A stretch of 64,000 bases of DNA from Dimorphilus gyrociliatus (GCA_904063045.1 CAJFCJ010000030.1:372001-436000), one strand, 5' to 3'; numbered from the stretch's first letter, positions 1 through 14,673 are shown. The notes: a model not told the origin generated them from the letters alone. Numbers and translations are program-made.

Positions 1-2284
1 GTAGTTTTGGGCCATTTTGAGAAGAATATAGAAAATTATTTGCGTACTTTCGGGTGGCTGGAGCGACAACAACGCTATGATTGACCAGGCGTAGTCAATG
101 GCAACGTTTTTTTTTCTATCCCTTAAAATATAGTTAGAACCCGATGATGGATACGAATAGATAGGTGAGAAATATGAAGAAAGAAGAAGAGAGAGGAGAG
201 AAAAGTACTCAATTCTTTCTAGAATCGAGTGTTGTGTCCGACATCAAACCTACAGCTGTGCGGTATTCGCGAGAAAGAGTGAAAGAACTTCCGGACCGCG
301 CCTAAATAAAGAACCCTTATAAGTCACTCATTTAGAAGAAAAATATTGTTGAGAGAGGGAGGGAAGCAGAGAAGTATAATGAAAGATAAAGAAAATAAAA
401 AAGAGCAAAAATTAAAAAGAGAGAAATAAAGTTAAAAGGGAAAAATTGGTCGAAAAAAGAAAATCATAATTCAGCATCTGTCGGTGTCAAACTGGTCAAA
501 TGGACGCTTCTGTACAACTCGCATCATTTTATAGTCAAAACGTCATTTGTCATTGTGCAAAGTAGATTTTCAAAGGGCTAGCGTGCGGGAGACGATTTTC
601 CGAGTCACTAGGTAATAGTCACTCTCTATATATGACGGTATTAAATTAGATTTACGGGGACGAGGACATCTACAACTGGACGTTGATTAATGGCAGCCAA
701 TTAGGAAAACTTTTTGTGAACCCTAAAAGGGTAGTCACACTGTTGTCAACCGACTGTATTTAATCTATGCGTGAAATCCTAATTAGATCGGGACATATGG
801 TTGTGTTTTTTTTTGGAAATATTATAATTGTTTTTAGGGGTATAGGGAAGCGTTTATGCGTTTTTAATGCTTAGCCCAGGGGCCGACTTGAAAATGAAAT
901 AGGCTGGAAAAAAACTATAATGATTTTAGCCTAGGGACTTTCACACTTGTTTTTCTATAGAATCATTCCGTTTGCCACTACCTGTTGGGCTGAAGATGAA
1001 TTGGTTAAAGATTCGTTACACCTTTAAATAAAAAATTACAGTTCTAAAGACGCGCATGCGTAAAAATTAAAATAGAAGGGGTATTTAAGAAAGGTAAAAA
1101 AATTGAGGAAGAAAAGAAAACTAGAAAGGGAATATTTATCTCCAAATAAGACCCTCGACCTAACCCTCCCAACCCCACCTATTCCCTTATCTTAACTAGG
1201 CCTTAGCCCGCTCCTGCGTTAAAGAACATAAAAAAAAAAGTAGGCCCTATTGGAATAAAAGAGTTATAACAGTTTAATTATCGGGGTAAAATGTTCCAAG
1301 TACTATAATTTAATTTTTTTTTACCGCCCCGAGACGGAATCCTTACGACTAGTCGACCTTTTGATACGCCCTTTTCCCTTGTTCCCCTTTGAGAAAATCG
1401 TGTCAACAAAAGAACGCCTAATAAACTACAGTCACTGCTTAATTAGAATCGTAGTGGCAAAACGAGATAAATGAAATGCCCTGCCCAACAAATAGGATTG
1501 TTCTAATGAAATTTCTGGCTGTGTCAAACCGACCAGTTAATCGGAAAAAGTCGACACTGCAAAAATGTATACGGACAGAAGGAAATAAAGAAAGGAAAAT
1601 GAGAAATATGATATTCAACCTCGACGTTACCTCTCCCACAAACCCAGAACTTTTCATCTGTTCTTCCCTATGCACCCTGCTCCCCACCCCCTGTCAAGCG
1701 TTATCGATAGATGCCACTTTTAAACGCTTCGAGTATGTTTTTGTTTGAAAATAAAAGAAAAATAAATTAGTTGATCCCACGAGCACTTTTATCGCAAACA
1801 ATTCGTTTCAAAACAAGGTGAAGAAAGAAATAAATCACCAATATGTAAAAGAAAAAGTTTGTCCGTAAAGGTCATTTATCAGCAACTAGTCATGCTGTAA
1901 ATTAAGTAGGCCTGCGAACAAAATAGGGATACGCGATTTTACTCTGAGAAATTAATTAGCATATACCAATACATTGAAACCCATAGAGACTTCCCCGTAA
2001 AATTCTTCTACCGTGTAATGATCAAAGTGAAAACCGGTTGGAAGAGAAGAATGCGTAAAAACAACTCGAAAGCAAATACTGTTCAAACATCAAAGGACTC
2101 TCGACGCAGCGTCGCCCATTTATTTTTTTTTCGCCTCTCTTTAACACTCTTCCTCGTTTTTTTACGTCTATATTCTTCTTTACAATGCTAGCGTATCTTA
2201 ATTTAAAAAAATAAACCACCTACGGTAATCACTTATCGTTATCTTTGAACTGATAGGAATAGAAATACAGACCAAAGTGTACAC

Positions 2285-3136
2285 AAAAATTTCGCCAACG
2301 ATCTAAAAAAAAAGTTTTGATTGCTAACCTTTCAAAAATTACTATCTTATCTACTATTTACTTTCTTACCAATTGTATGACGAAGAGGTAAATAACATAA
2401 CGATTATTTAAACAAAGAAGATGGGAGTCTCTCCCCTCTACTTGTTTCCTTTTTTATAAATTCTTAAGTAACTATTAGCAAAATAATAAAAAGAAGAAGA
2501 AGAAAGAGAAGAAAATAAACTAACAGAATGAAGGGAAAAAATGAAAGGATGGATAGGGAATAATAGAAAGAATGGAATAAGGATATTTTTCCTATCGCCC
2601 TCTCCTGTCCGCCTCCAAAACGTTCAAAAGAGACGTCGATGTATGATTGACGTGCAATTTACACTCGGTTGTTAACACAGATGACAAACGTGTATTTTAT
2701 ATGCAATTATAGGGCCCACCTTATTCCCTATTATTTTCTCAAGGTTCTTTTTGTTGTTCGCCTTGTTTTCTCAACTTTTAGTCTTGTCCAGTCAATAATT
2801 TTACTCTTTTTCTTTAAAGACACGTCTTTGCTATTTATACATTTAAAAAAAAAACAATTCTCGATTGGGAATTTATTTTAATGGATCCAAAGTTTCTTTG
2901 CTTTGTAAGAACCTTTTAAAACATGAGACCATTTTAACGGGTTTTCATAATTGAGCTATATAGAGACAAAACTAAGGATATAGAGGGATAAGGAACAACT
3001 TATCTAATCGATTCTCTATAGGGATTTCGTTTTCTCTTTTATAATAATAGACACTTTTAACGGATATGCCGTAAACTTTTAGTCAATATTTGATAAGAAT
3101 ATACAATATACATACGTCAAAAAATTGAAGGCCTAT
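2285..3136 (+). repeat. Dispersed repeat, copy 1 (copy 2 at about 22182-23030)
   Basis: 2285-3060 matches 22182-22957 almost base for base (one substitution noticed, visible as F versus S in the twin track ORFs 2669 and 22566). A more diverged tail continues to about 3136. Confidence 0.9.
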
Positions 3137-6100
3137 TAACCGGTTATCTCTTATATTCTGCTATTCCTTTTATAATTACTATTTACTGTAAAACATACGA
3201 TATATTTATATATTTTCTTTATAAAGTTCAAGCAAATTTTCCAATAGGAAATTGAATGGAAAAAATAATTGCTAGTCCGATAAACCTCATAGGTCTTTTT
3301 TTATAAAGAAAGTATTTAATTTACTCGTTTAGATTTATGGATAATATTAATGAACACTTAACACTTGTAGCCTATAGCATAATATCAATTTTAAAAGTAG
3401 AATCGATAAGTAAAAAATGATAACTTTCTGTGATAGTTATAAATGATACATATAAAGGTACTTACTAAATACATAATCCCAATCTTCGGTGTTACTCGAT
3501 TGAGCAGCCTTTAGAAAGCAGATGAACAGAAATGCTAAAAGTTCTCGCTTCATTATCATATTAATCCCTTATCTTTTTGAAGGTGTGAAAAGGTTTTACT
3601 TGACATGAGTACAAACGAATATGTTTCGTCCTTGAAATATTCTGTTTTCTATATATTTTATCTTCCTTCTCTTCCTATTATACGAGAATTAGGTTTAATA
3701 TTAAATAATTCTTCAACCAACAGTCTTTCTCTTATCTCAATTGGATGAAAACAGTTTGTTTATTAAGCTCAAATTGCAATTATATCTCCAATAGTTTGTC
3801 CGTTTCAACTACTGAAAAGCCAATAAAAAGAAATATAAAATGTAGGCAGAAAATCCTATGGCGACGCTTTTGCCCTTCTCTACTCGATATTATCTCAATC
3901 AGGGAACAGTTTGTCTGTCAGCAACTTCTTTTTCCTTTCCCTCGCGCCAAAATGAAGTAGGCGGTACGGCTGCGCCCTCTAGGGGATGAAATTCTTCTAC
4001 GCTGATAAAAAGTCAGAAGACTAGGCGATGAGAAAAGAACAAGAAATAGTAAAATAAAAAAACAGGAGATGAAAGAGGTTGAAGGAAAATTAGAAAGAAA
4101 TTTAGCTGGAAAAGTATAAACAAACAAATAGGCAAAGAGGAAAATAGGGATATAGAGGGTGTGGGGGAAAACTCGGCCTCTCTCGATAACATCTGTGAAA
4201 TGCATATATATGCAGGTTACGGAATTATTTCTTCTATTTATTGTACTAATTGCATTGGATTCGCATGGGTTAGGGAAGAGTTGGAAGAGAGGACGAGGAA
4301 TGTAGGCGAAAGCCGATTGCTAATTTATATTTTTTTCTAACCCTTCTCTATAATATATCTCACACAGCATGCTAGTATTGAGGAGGAAAGGGTAGAAGAG
4401 AGAGAGAGAGAGAGTGAAAATATATATTTTAAAGCATTATAGACCTACTCCAAAACTACATATACATTACAAATATTACCGTGTATGTACACATGCATAA
4501 ACAATTTATATCTAACGGCTTTTAATCGGATTGCTGCGTGCCTTCACAGCACGAAAAATAGTTTTAGTTTATCCGATAAGAAAATGTCACTGTTTGAATC
4601 GTTTCGATAAGAAACTGCCGTAATAATATTTTTTGTTATTAGTAGAGACATACTATCGTCTGACACGTACACTATACATGTAAAATTTCCGGTTTATTTT
4701 ACCCATATAATTTATATTCATGTACAGAAAAAAAATCACTATTTTCCCTCCTACTTCTCTTCCTCTTCCACTTATCCCTAATTAAATAAAACCAATCATT
4801 AACGACCCTACTTCTTCTCCTCCCACTTTCGTTCACGTGACTTTTGGCATCGTTATCCTATACAATCCATTCACTAATCTTCTTACGTTTTCCTATTCAA
4901 AAAGCTGTTATTATTGTTGTATTTATTTATTTAAGATTAATTAAGGGTTTTATTAGTTTTGATACTAAGCTTATATTTGACAGAGATAAGTAAGGTATAA
5001 GTTTGGAAGGCGTGAAAAGATCAATTTGAATATAAAGTAACCATTTTTGTTTAAATTCTAAAAGTAACTTATTTTGTTAAATGAAGGAGAAATATTACTT
5101 TATTTCTTTGACTTGAAAATCAATTGTAACGAATTGTCTTCTTTTTTCTTTATTATTTAATAGAGTGAAGAAGTGGAAAAGTCACATGATCAACTTACTC
5201 CAGTGGTATTAAGAGGGATTGTGTAGAGCTAATAAGAAGAAAGAAAACTGTGAAATCAATAAAAGACGATGTTTGATGAAAAAGACGCCATATTCTCTCA
5301 TTGTTCAATGCCTTTATCCACGAAGTAAATATATACATTGTACCCGTTAATGAATACATTTAGCGAATAAATGCGACGCTCGAGGCCAACCAACGGCATA
5401 CGAAAGGAAGAGTCAAAGAAGAGCGTATAGCTTGCCTCGGAGCTTATTTATATGTTTATCCCTACATAAATGATTCGGCCAGGTGCCGTAAATACAAACT
5501 GCAAAACAACTCAAGCATAAATCTGTTATTTTAATAACAATGTTTAAGCACTTGAAACTTGCTTTTTGCCCATAGCTAGACAACATCTGCCGATATACTG
5601 TAAGGAAGAAGGAAAACGAAAAAGATGAAGAGGACGGCGCTTGGTGGATGAAAAAAAACCCCCAGACGGCTAAGGAGGGATGAATATATGGATATCGACG
5701 ATCTTGTGATAAATATGTAAATGCATATTTAAACAATTCTTACAATTCCCTAAATCGTCGTTAATTAACGCGAGTAAATTGAGTAGAAATAAACGACACG
5801 AGATAAAAGACATGTTAATTAGTTTTTAACGACCGCCCGCTATTGTAACTCTTTTCTATTTTGACATCTTCATAATAGTAACGGAAGAATCGCTTTATAC
5901 GAATCGTACAAACAACTCTTGCCTCTTTAAGGCACGCAGATGGATTTATAAGAAAGAGAGAAAGGTTAAAGGATGATACTTGGTGAGTGAAAAAGTAGAA
6001 GATTGAAAGTAAAAGAAAAAAAAGAGCAAGAGTTGAGAGGGTAAAATCAACTTTGTTTATGTCTATGTGCCAAAGGTACGTATGTGCAGGGATTTATAGT

Positions 6101-7983
6101 TAAGTTCATTAATCACTCGTCTCTTTCACGGTCAAATACGCATGCGTAATGAGAATTCAGTTGAATTTTCTCAAATTAGGCGTTAAAACTGACAGAAAAA
6201 GAGATTCATATGCGAATTTTTCTCGAAAGTAACTGTTATTTTCTTTGTTAATGTTTACTTATTAATAGAATCGGATCCTTGTTCCAATATACTTTAACAT
6301 TTTTCTAGTTTACCTTAACCCTCTACGATTATTTAACTACGAATTATACAAGTAAGAAGAATTCCTCTGGGGGGCTAAAAAAAATACAGTATTATAAACT
6401 TGGCTATCCTTTTTTCCTAGTTTCTTATCGTTTATCTTTAAAATATTGGGGGGATGGAGAGGAGTAGATAGATATATTCCTTTCTTCTCGCTTTCACAGG
6501 AACAAACCCTAAGCGAATCGGATTACCGGAAAAGCAAACATAACAGCTGCCGATAAAACAACTAAAAGAAGAGGATTTTGACGAAAAGAGCCAAGATGTA
6601 AAGGGCTCAAAAGACTGTATTGAATGAAGGCTTTTCGCTTTTAATCAGGATCCTCGTTAAATAAATAGTTTTCCTTAATCAACAAAGCGATAACACGGTT
6701 TGATAAGAACGATTACATGGAGATTTTTGATGGGGTGGAGAAAGAGGAAGGGAGCTTAAGGGTTTGTTTCGAATTAGCGAATGAACGCTATCGGGTTTTC
6801 CTTGACAGTTTGAGTGGCTTCGCGTTCCACTAGCTTTCATAAGGCATAAATAAGAAAGGATTTCTAGAATGTAATTGGTCACATTTGTAGAAACTGTTAA
6901 GAGAGGAGAGGAGTTTCCAGAAAGCGGATAAAGATTACAAGGATTCTTTTTCCCTTTTGAAGTTGTATGCAAATGAATGGAAATCTGAATTACGTAAATA
7001 GAGGAATGAACTAGTTGAAATCTCTTTGTCGTACGACTTCAAAATTGAAATATATTGTATGTATTATATAAAATAATGTAAATATGAAAACGTATACTAC
7101 GATTGGCAAGTGCATTGTAAACAATAAAATTGCCAACACACGAAGAGTCAACAAAGGGGTTTCGGACATTTTCCCGGGGCGAATGATCATTTCAATTAAT
7201 AAAATAATCAGTGTTTAGTTTGCATCGTCTTGCATCATGAATACCCTTGTGTCTTTAGCAAGCTCCGAAACTGGATTATAAGATTACCCTTTTATATTTG
7301 CGCGCACGTCTAAAAAATGGGCGTTTTTATTCTCTGTCGTATTTACAAAAGTTCTGTTGGACGCTAACGCACTTCCTATTAATCTATATATTTTTACGTA
7401 CCGCCTCCTTTTTCAAGATTCATGAACGCCCCTTCCCCCTTTTCTACCGTTAGGGAACCTTTGCATAGTCTTGGGAAATGTCAAACTCTAATAATCTTCC
7501 CATTTCCCATTGTATGTTGTTCAGAAATTGAATTTTCATTATTCATAAAAATCCTCCCCTTTAGATCCGCCCCTCCTCCTTTTTCCTCCCAAAAAACCCC
7601 CCCAGACAAGTCCTTGACTTGATAGCGTGTTAGAAAAGGTTAAGAAAAGAAAAATAAAAAAATTGAAAACTGCCATCTTTTATATTCTTTCAAAAGTGCA
7701 AATGGAATTCGTTTGATAGTCGTCTTTTTAATTTTATGCTTTGGTGAACTCAGAAGTTTTATAGGTAGATTAATTTACAACACTTTTCAAACTGGGGACG
7801 TATAACTTTCAACCATGACGTCATTATAATATTTGTAACAGTTGACGTCCCAACTAATAAAAAGTAACGCTTCGGTAATTTTTATCTCTATTACCTCCTT
7901 TTTTCTTATTTTTTATTGTATATCAGTCATTTATTTATATATATTAACTTGTTTATAAAAAAATTATTTTTAGTGAGTGACAG

Positions 7984-8035
7984 ATAGAGAGAGAGAGAGA
8001 GACACAAACAGACACAGAGAAAGAGAGAGAAGGGA
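7984..8035. repeat. GA/CA-rich low-complexity microsatellite
   Basis: GATAGAGAGAGAGAGAGAGACACAAACAGACACAGAGAAAGAGAGAGAAGGGAG. Confidence 0.8.
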
Positions 8036-8704
8036 GCAGTGACAAAGAAAGAATAAAGTAACAAAATCACGAAAATACGAGTTTATTTCTTAAAGTGTAA
8101 GGGTGAATTTATTATCTCCGTTGGTTTATCATTAATTTAAAAAAATTGAATTATAGGAAATATTTATAGACCATTCAAGGAAAACGATTTATCCAAAATA
8201 GGCCAATACAAATCCCTTGCGTCTTTACCAGCTAACGGCTCTATTACGTTACAATACTGTCCTTCTACCTCCTTCTTTCCCTTTCCTGTCATTTCTCTTT
8301 TTTTTGTTTTGTTTTACCGCCTTTTTAACACAAATTAGGTACAGATGTTTTTTTTATAGATGTGATCAATCCTTGTGACGTCATAAAGACGTCGTTATAA
8401 GCGGCACTTTTTTTTAATTTACACAACATAGTTAAAGAGAGGTAATTGATGCGACGGCGGGACGCCGTCGTCTTGACGTTTAACCTACTTTTCGTTTTAC
8501 GGGGAATTGAAAAAGAATGCGTTCGCATAATAAATTGTTCATTGTAACTAATTTTTGGTCACACTTGAGATTTTACGATGGCACAATGTATATTGAATAA
8601 TATATTACGTATAAGCTATAATAATATAACTTGAATTTCATGCTGCAAACAAAGTACAGTCGTTAGTTAACAACACATAGGACAACGAGCTATTAGAAGA
8701 CAAG

Positions 8705-8755
<51 letters not shown>
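8705..8755. repeat. Compound microsatellite (CA)n(TA)n
   Basis: Direct reading: about 6 CA units followed by about 19 TA units. Confidence 0.95.
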
Positions 8756-8760
<5 letters not shown>

Positions 8761-11640
8761 CAGCACATCATAATATGTTTATTCTTGTTAATATTATCAA
8801 TTAGGTCAAAAGGTCGCCGCAAATATGTAATAATCAATTAAATACACTGTAATACTACAATTAAATATGTTAGAAATTGCTTCCATACTTTTTTAATAGT
8901 TTAGGTCTGACTATTATCTAAAACAGCCAGATTTCTTGCGGATTTTTGCCAAGTGTTTAGAAAATGCTAGACTCTTCTTCGAAGCTACTCTTTTCATAGT
9001 TTTCCATCTTCATAAAACTCTTATTCTATCAAAATCGTTTACGGACCAATAAAAGACCTTAGTTGGTGCAGAAAAACTCCCAAATCGATGGAAATTACTT
9101 GAAAAATGCCCACCAATTTCTATGAATAAAGCGTTCGGTCCGCGGAGGAATGAAACGCCAAGATGAAGTATGAAAAGACCATAACTAACTTTCTCTGGAG
9201 AATTAATAGAAATTACGTAATATATGCATTAATATTTTTAGAATCCAAAATCAACATGACATCGGAATGTTAGCTCCAACGAAAATAAAAAGAAAAGAGA
9301 AAACTAACATCTTCTTTTAAATGTTGTCAAAAATAGCGAAAAGGAAAGGACAAAAAGAGAGAAATCAAAAGGAGCTTAACAGCTGCTAACCACATGTGAC
9401 TTCCAAGAAAGATCCTAGAACCCAATTAGCATCGAGCCCCTTCAAATCCAAAAGAGATTCTTTGTACCTCATCACCCCGCAAATTACCCTAATTGATGTT
9501 CAATTCATTTCTACTTTTGCCTCAATACATATTACGCATCAACAAGATGAGGGGCGGTGACAGAAGGCCATCTGTGTAGGTGGTATACATTTTCTTACTA
9601 TAAACAGGTAAAAATTCCAACAAGTAAAAAGCGTAGATGGAAAAATTCTATCAAATAGAAAAAAGGATAAAGAAACGTGTTAAAAAGTAAGAAAAGCCGC
9701 TTATATTTTCTCACACTATGTTCAAAATGGCGGTATTGTCGACTTTAAATAATAAACTCATAAACTATAAAAATGATATGGAAAAAAGGGTCAAAGAGAA
9801 AAAAATCTGTCGTAAAACGAGACAAAGAGCTGTGTTTTAAAAAGGAAAAAAAACCTGTGCAATATGGCTTCACTTACAGGGAAAAAAAGAAAAGGGAAAA
9901 GAGAAGGGTAGGAAGGGGGTTAAAAGTGTCCAAAAATCGAAACCCCGGTAGCCTTATAGCCTAAAAAAATTCCGCTTTGTTCGTAAAAGTTGAATATTGG
10001 GTTACGGACGCTGGATCCTATTTACAATGTACTTTTTTTTATAGGTATTAAACATTTTTTCCTGTTTGAAGTCATGTGTATATAGTAATAGTATACTTTG
10101 TTATTATTAGCGCTATGTACCAGTATTGAGTATCACCCATAATTTTTCATCATCTTAATTACAGTGTAGACCAAAAAAAGTGTAGAAGAAGGAGAAACGT
10201 TTCTCTTCAAGATAAACGTACTCTGTTGGGAAATAAATATACATAGTATATAGATATATGTCTGTTTATACACAGTGATATATATATATATAACTGTATT
10301 TACGGTAGGAAGTCTCATATATACTTTACATGTTTTTCTTTACAATGCGAATAAGAAGGAAAGGATAGTATTCATAGTATAAAGAAAAAAATCAACAATA
10401 ACAACAACAAGAACAACAGCTCAAGGGCTATAAATTAATTTGCATATTATTTGTTTATATCTTATTAATTGTTTACGAAATTTGATAACATTTAATTTAA
10501 AATTAATAAAAAAATCAAAGATTTAAAGTAGAAAGCAAAGCAAACAAACGTTGATTGAATCTAAAGAACAATGTAAAGAAAACAATATAAAGAATAAAGA
10601 ATTAAAAAAAAATCTTTTAATTGATTTGGCGGGAAAAGATAGAAGTAAAGAGATAAATTTAATTGAATGGGATATGAGTAAATAGGTGCAAATTTATGAA
10701 TGAATTATTAAACGTTTAAGTATAATTTCTCATTCTGTCATCTCGTTTGTTAATTAGCTGCGATTCTATAAAAATTGACAGTCAAATGAATTATTCAAAA
10801 AAGACGAAAGGTAATTTTTATTCCTTTTATATAATTAGAACACGAGGGTATACTTAAAGCTTTTGTTATATTATTTGGATAATAGAAGCACTGAGCTTGT
10901 ATGCAAATTAGCTATTGCGGCGTAAATCACGTTCGTGAACGCCGAAAGAACTTATAAAGGCATGAGTCGATTATGTAACGGCAATAGAACACCGGTCGAG
11001 TTGTGCAGCATGCACATGCCGTAATCTTGACCATGACGTCATAAAGTGTTAATAACGAGTGTCCAACACCTTAGCTGAGAACGCCCTCACGGCGGGAATT
11101 TTGATTTTTTCTATTCTTTCTAACAGACAGCCGGACGCTCGTTAAAGAATGTAATAACTTCCTTCGACACTACGCCATCTGTTGATTTTTGTTGACTGGT
11201 ATTTTCGGTTTACTTGCTTGAAAACGTTAATTAAGCGCTTTTTGAAAGGTGAAGCGTCCTCTATATTGAAAGTAAATGAAAATCTTTTCAACCATAAGCG
11301 TAATGCCACACGCGCAATCTAAAAATAGATTTTAAAAAGACGCCAAACGACGCCCAAAAATTCCAAAGGTCTCAGTATCTGATAGTTTATCGCGAGAAAA
11401 ATACATCATACTCATTTTTAGTACATTTTTTAAAAGAAATCCGACAACCGAGAGAGCGGATTATCCTAAATTTAAATATTTAAATTAGACTATGTAAATT
11501 AGTATAAACAATAGTCAAGAGTTCAAAATAATCTTTACATTGTTACCCAATTTATAGATTCGTTGGTATTACATTACTTCGTATTTTATTTGAATATAAT
11601 AACGTTACGCAAAATATTATAAAAATGATAAAACTCAATT

Positions 11641-12604
11641 ATGATTGTTTATAGAAGCAGTAAACGTCAATTATTATCGGTTGGTGCATTTCTTTCTATA
11701 TTAGTGATATATTATGGCGGAAAAAGTATATTAACGACAATACAACGTAACAAATATAGACCGGATTCCTTAGCTATACATTTGATACTGAATAAATATT
11801 TTCATAAACCGGCCTTTGGTCTACCCTTAAACCTTACAAATCCTTATAAGTACGATTATTCTGAGTATGGTCAATCAATTTACGTTGACGAAATTTTTGA
11901 TGGGAAAGAAAATGGAACTTATATAGAATGCGGTGCTGGTGATGGAGAAACCTACTCTAATAGTTTATTTTTTGAAATTAGACGAAAATGGACGGGTGTA
12001 CTAATTGAAGCAGGTATAAAGACTTATTATTATTATTATTAAGAAATTCCCAAGCTATATAAGACTTAATTTTTGCTTAAAAAAAGGAAGGAAAAATTAC
12101 GATTTATTGAAAATGAAAAAAAGGAAAGCCATATTGATTAATGCCGCTTTAGGGAATAAAACTGAATTGGTTAAATTCATAGAAGCTGGTTTTACTGGTG
12201 GAATTGATAAAAATATGGAGAAATCACATAAAAAATGGATTTTCCAAAATTTTCCTTATAATTTGACAAATTCTAAGCAGCTTATTCAATCTTTTAGATT
12301 TATTGATATAATTGAAGCGGTTGGAATGAAAGTTGTAGATTATTTGATCTTAGATGTTGAAGGATCCGAGATAACTATATTGGAAACTATTCCATTAAGC
12401 CTATACGTTATAAATATTATACAGGTAGAATTTCTAGTTAAAATGGATGTTGAGAAAACCTCAAGAAAACTTGATAAGATCAAAGATATAATTCTGTCAA
12501 CGAATTTATATATATATTTTGATATTATTAAAAATACTGATGCTCTCTTCATCCGAAAAGATATATTCTATGATTTTGAGAAGCGTTCAACCAAACCCTT
12601 ATAA
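11641..12604 (+). CDS. FkbM-family (Methyltransf_21, Drosophila Star-like) SAM-dependent methyltransferase with N-terminal membrane anchor; 2 exons: 11641-12013, 12087-12604
   Basis: Two track ORFs are joined in frame by a 73-nt GT..AG intron (12014-12086, phase 1), giving ...WTGVLIEAG-RKNYDLLKMKKRKAILINAALG. Family motifs: YSEYGQ, TYIECGAGDGETYSNSLFFE..WTGVLIE, DYLILDVEGSEITIL, IIQVEF. Hydrophobic segment LLSVGAFLSILVIYY near the N-terminus. Confidence 0.9.
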
Positions 12605-14673
12605 TTTCATTTCTAGCTGAATACTACTTATGTAAAGTACAAAAAATAGTGAAATAAGTTGTAAATATTGTGTTCTATCAATAGATGGCGTTTTGTTGCT
12701 TTAAACAATTTTCCTTTTCAAATATTTAATGGGACAGCCTTTTTACTGCTCCTGCAAAAGCTGTTGCATAGTTAGATTAAAAACCGAAAATTATACAATG
12801 AAGCGATTGTATAATCACCATGGGAACGTAAATTTTGTTCTTTCATCTCATCTAAATGATTGAAAGGAAAAAGAAGGGAATGCGTAACTACAAAGGTACA
12901 AATTATCTTTGGAATGCTACTTATTACAATAAAGCGTTTTAAGTAACAGATAATGAAAATTTGTTTGGAAAATAAAATAAAATACTATTAAAAGCTACTA
13001 ATTGAAAGAGGAGAAGCAGAGAGAATGAAGAAAACATTCCTGGAATAGTATTACCATATTACGCAATTGCATCAAACTATCTTCCTTTTCTTCTCCTGCA
13101 AGTTGAATAGAGCATAATTAATTAAGATGAAATCGTAAAAAAAAAATCAATATCGAAGCTTAAACTGAACTCAATTTCGATTGAATCTCTTTCATTCGTG
13201 CAAGCTATCAAGAATAAGGATTTCTATAGTAATTGAATAACCTTGTGACATGAGCTGACGTAATAGTTCTTTAAAAGTATACTTTTATTGGAGATACCGT
13301 GACAATAGTTGCTGATTTATTTAAATATTTTTCTATTACAGTCTCCTTCTCTAACTAATCAAGTTTTGATCATTTTAGAATATTCGTATACTAATTTATT
13401 CATAATATTTAAAATTTAAATTCATTATAACGATTTTAAACAGTATAATGAAAATAACCTTCCTTTGTTCAGTCTCTTTATTTTTTTCGGCTTAGACGTT
13501 AAATGATGGAATTAGTCAAACACTGGTCTGATTAGAATAATGAATTATTGCTAAAACGGTAATGGTTGAAGACACTGGTTCTTTATATCTGCCAATATGA
13601 CATCAATAACGGAATACTTCAAACATAAAATCATGATAGAAATAGGTTCTCACTCATAGATAAACAAACTACAACTATGTGTTAAAATTGTTTGCATCAG
13701 TAATATCGAAATTTAAAGAATCCTAATTAAGTGATGTAAATACGCTTATCAGAATGGGAAAATATTCTAAAGAAACTTCTTTGCTGTACTACTTTGTTAT
13801 ACGTGAAAAGCGAGTTTACTTTCAATTTTTATATAAGTTAAATATGTAATACGTTTTGAAGCAAAATCTATAAGTTAATAAAGTTATTCATTAAAAATAA
13901 CTATATATATAAGGTCAAATGTTAAGTTAAAAAGAAAAAAGAGTCTTTTTTCAGAAATTGCCCTTTTCTCTTGTCATAAAATCAAGGATTCGTAAAATTT
14001 AGTTTCATCAATTTTTTACTGAGAAAAATTTTATAATAAACCCATGTTTCAGCATATTACAGAATATCTTTAAAATATTGAATTTGCAGTCTTTTCAGAG
14101 TCCAATACTTGCATATTTCAATAATGAGTTCAAAAGTTTAATAAAAGTGCTTTATTTGTAAATTATATTTTAATTTTTATATTATAGTCTTATATATTAC
14201 CCAATTTAATCTCTTTTAACATATTTATTATAATCTTCAAATATGTTGTCTGAGATAATACTTTTTAAGCTATTTTATTTGTACCCTATAACACTCAAGA
14301 TGGCGTTAGCATACGATTAGTTTGTTATACTAGTTTTGTATTTCAGAACCTTTTTTTTGGATTGTTTTTGTATTGTTTTTTTTCTTTCTAGTAAAGTATT
14401 TTGTCAACAATTTGTCATACAAAGTTGAAAATATAAAAATAACTTTTTTCAATCAAAATTGTTTCATATAACCAAAAAAGAATATCAATTATTCACAGAT
14501 ATAAATTTTATACTGTAGCATAAAATCATCAACAGTCTCTTCAATGTCATTAACATTGAAAGATAAAATAATCTTTTTTTTATTTAAATAATATGAGAAA
14601 TGTAAAAAAATAAAAAAAGTCATATAAAAGAAACAAATATAGCAACCATAATTTGCTAATTGATTAGTGGTGT

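Noticed and set aside
1152-1186. C-run clusters here and G-runs at 63711-63739 that fit G-quadruplex patterns
   Set aside because: Purine/pyrimidine-skewed tracts are common throughout the non-coding DNA, and nothing links these to a function.
2669-2881. 70-aa ORF duplicated at 22566-22778
   Set aside because: Short, starts at TTG, low-complexity; the duplication reflects the DNA repeat, not coding constraint.
5927-5948. TAAGGCACGC, matching the first 10 nt of miR-124
   Set aside because: The match stops after 10 nt and there is no complementary star arm.
8990-9230. Stop-free minus-strand frame containing ALFIEIGGH, reminiscent of a methyltransferase motif I
   Set aside because: No start codon, no convincing splice partners and no further motifs.
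1-11640. Numerous 60-110 codon ORFs in the left non-coding region, and similar ones at 36414, 44034, 49364-50667 and 51579-52789
   Set aside because: Low-complexity composition, no recognisable domains and no consistent exon chain.
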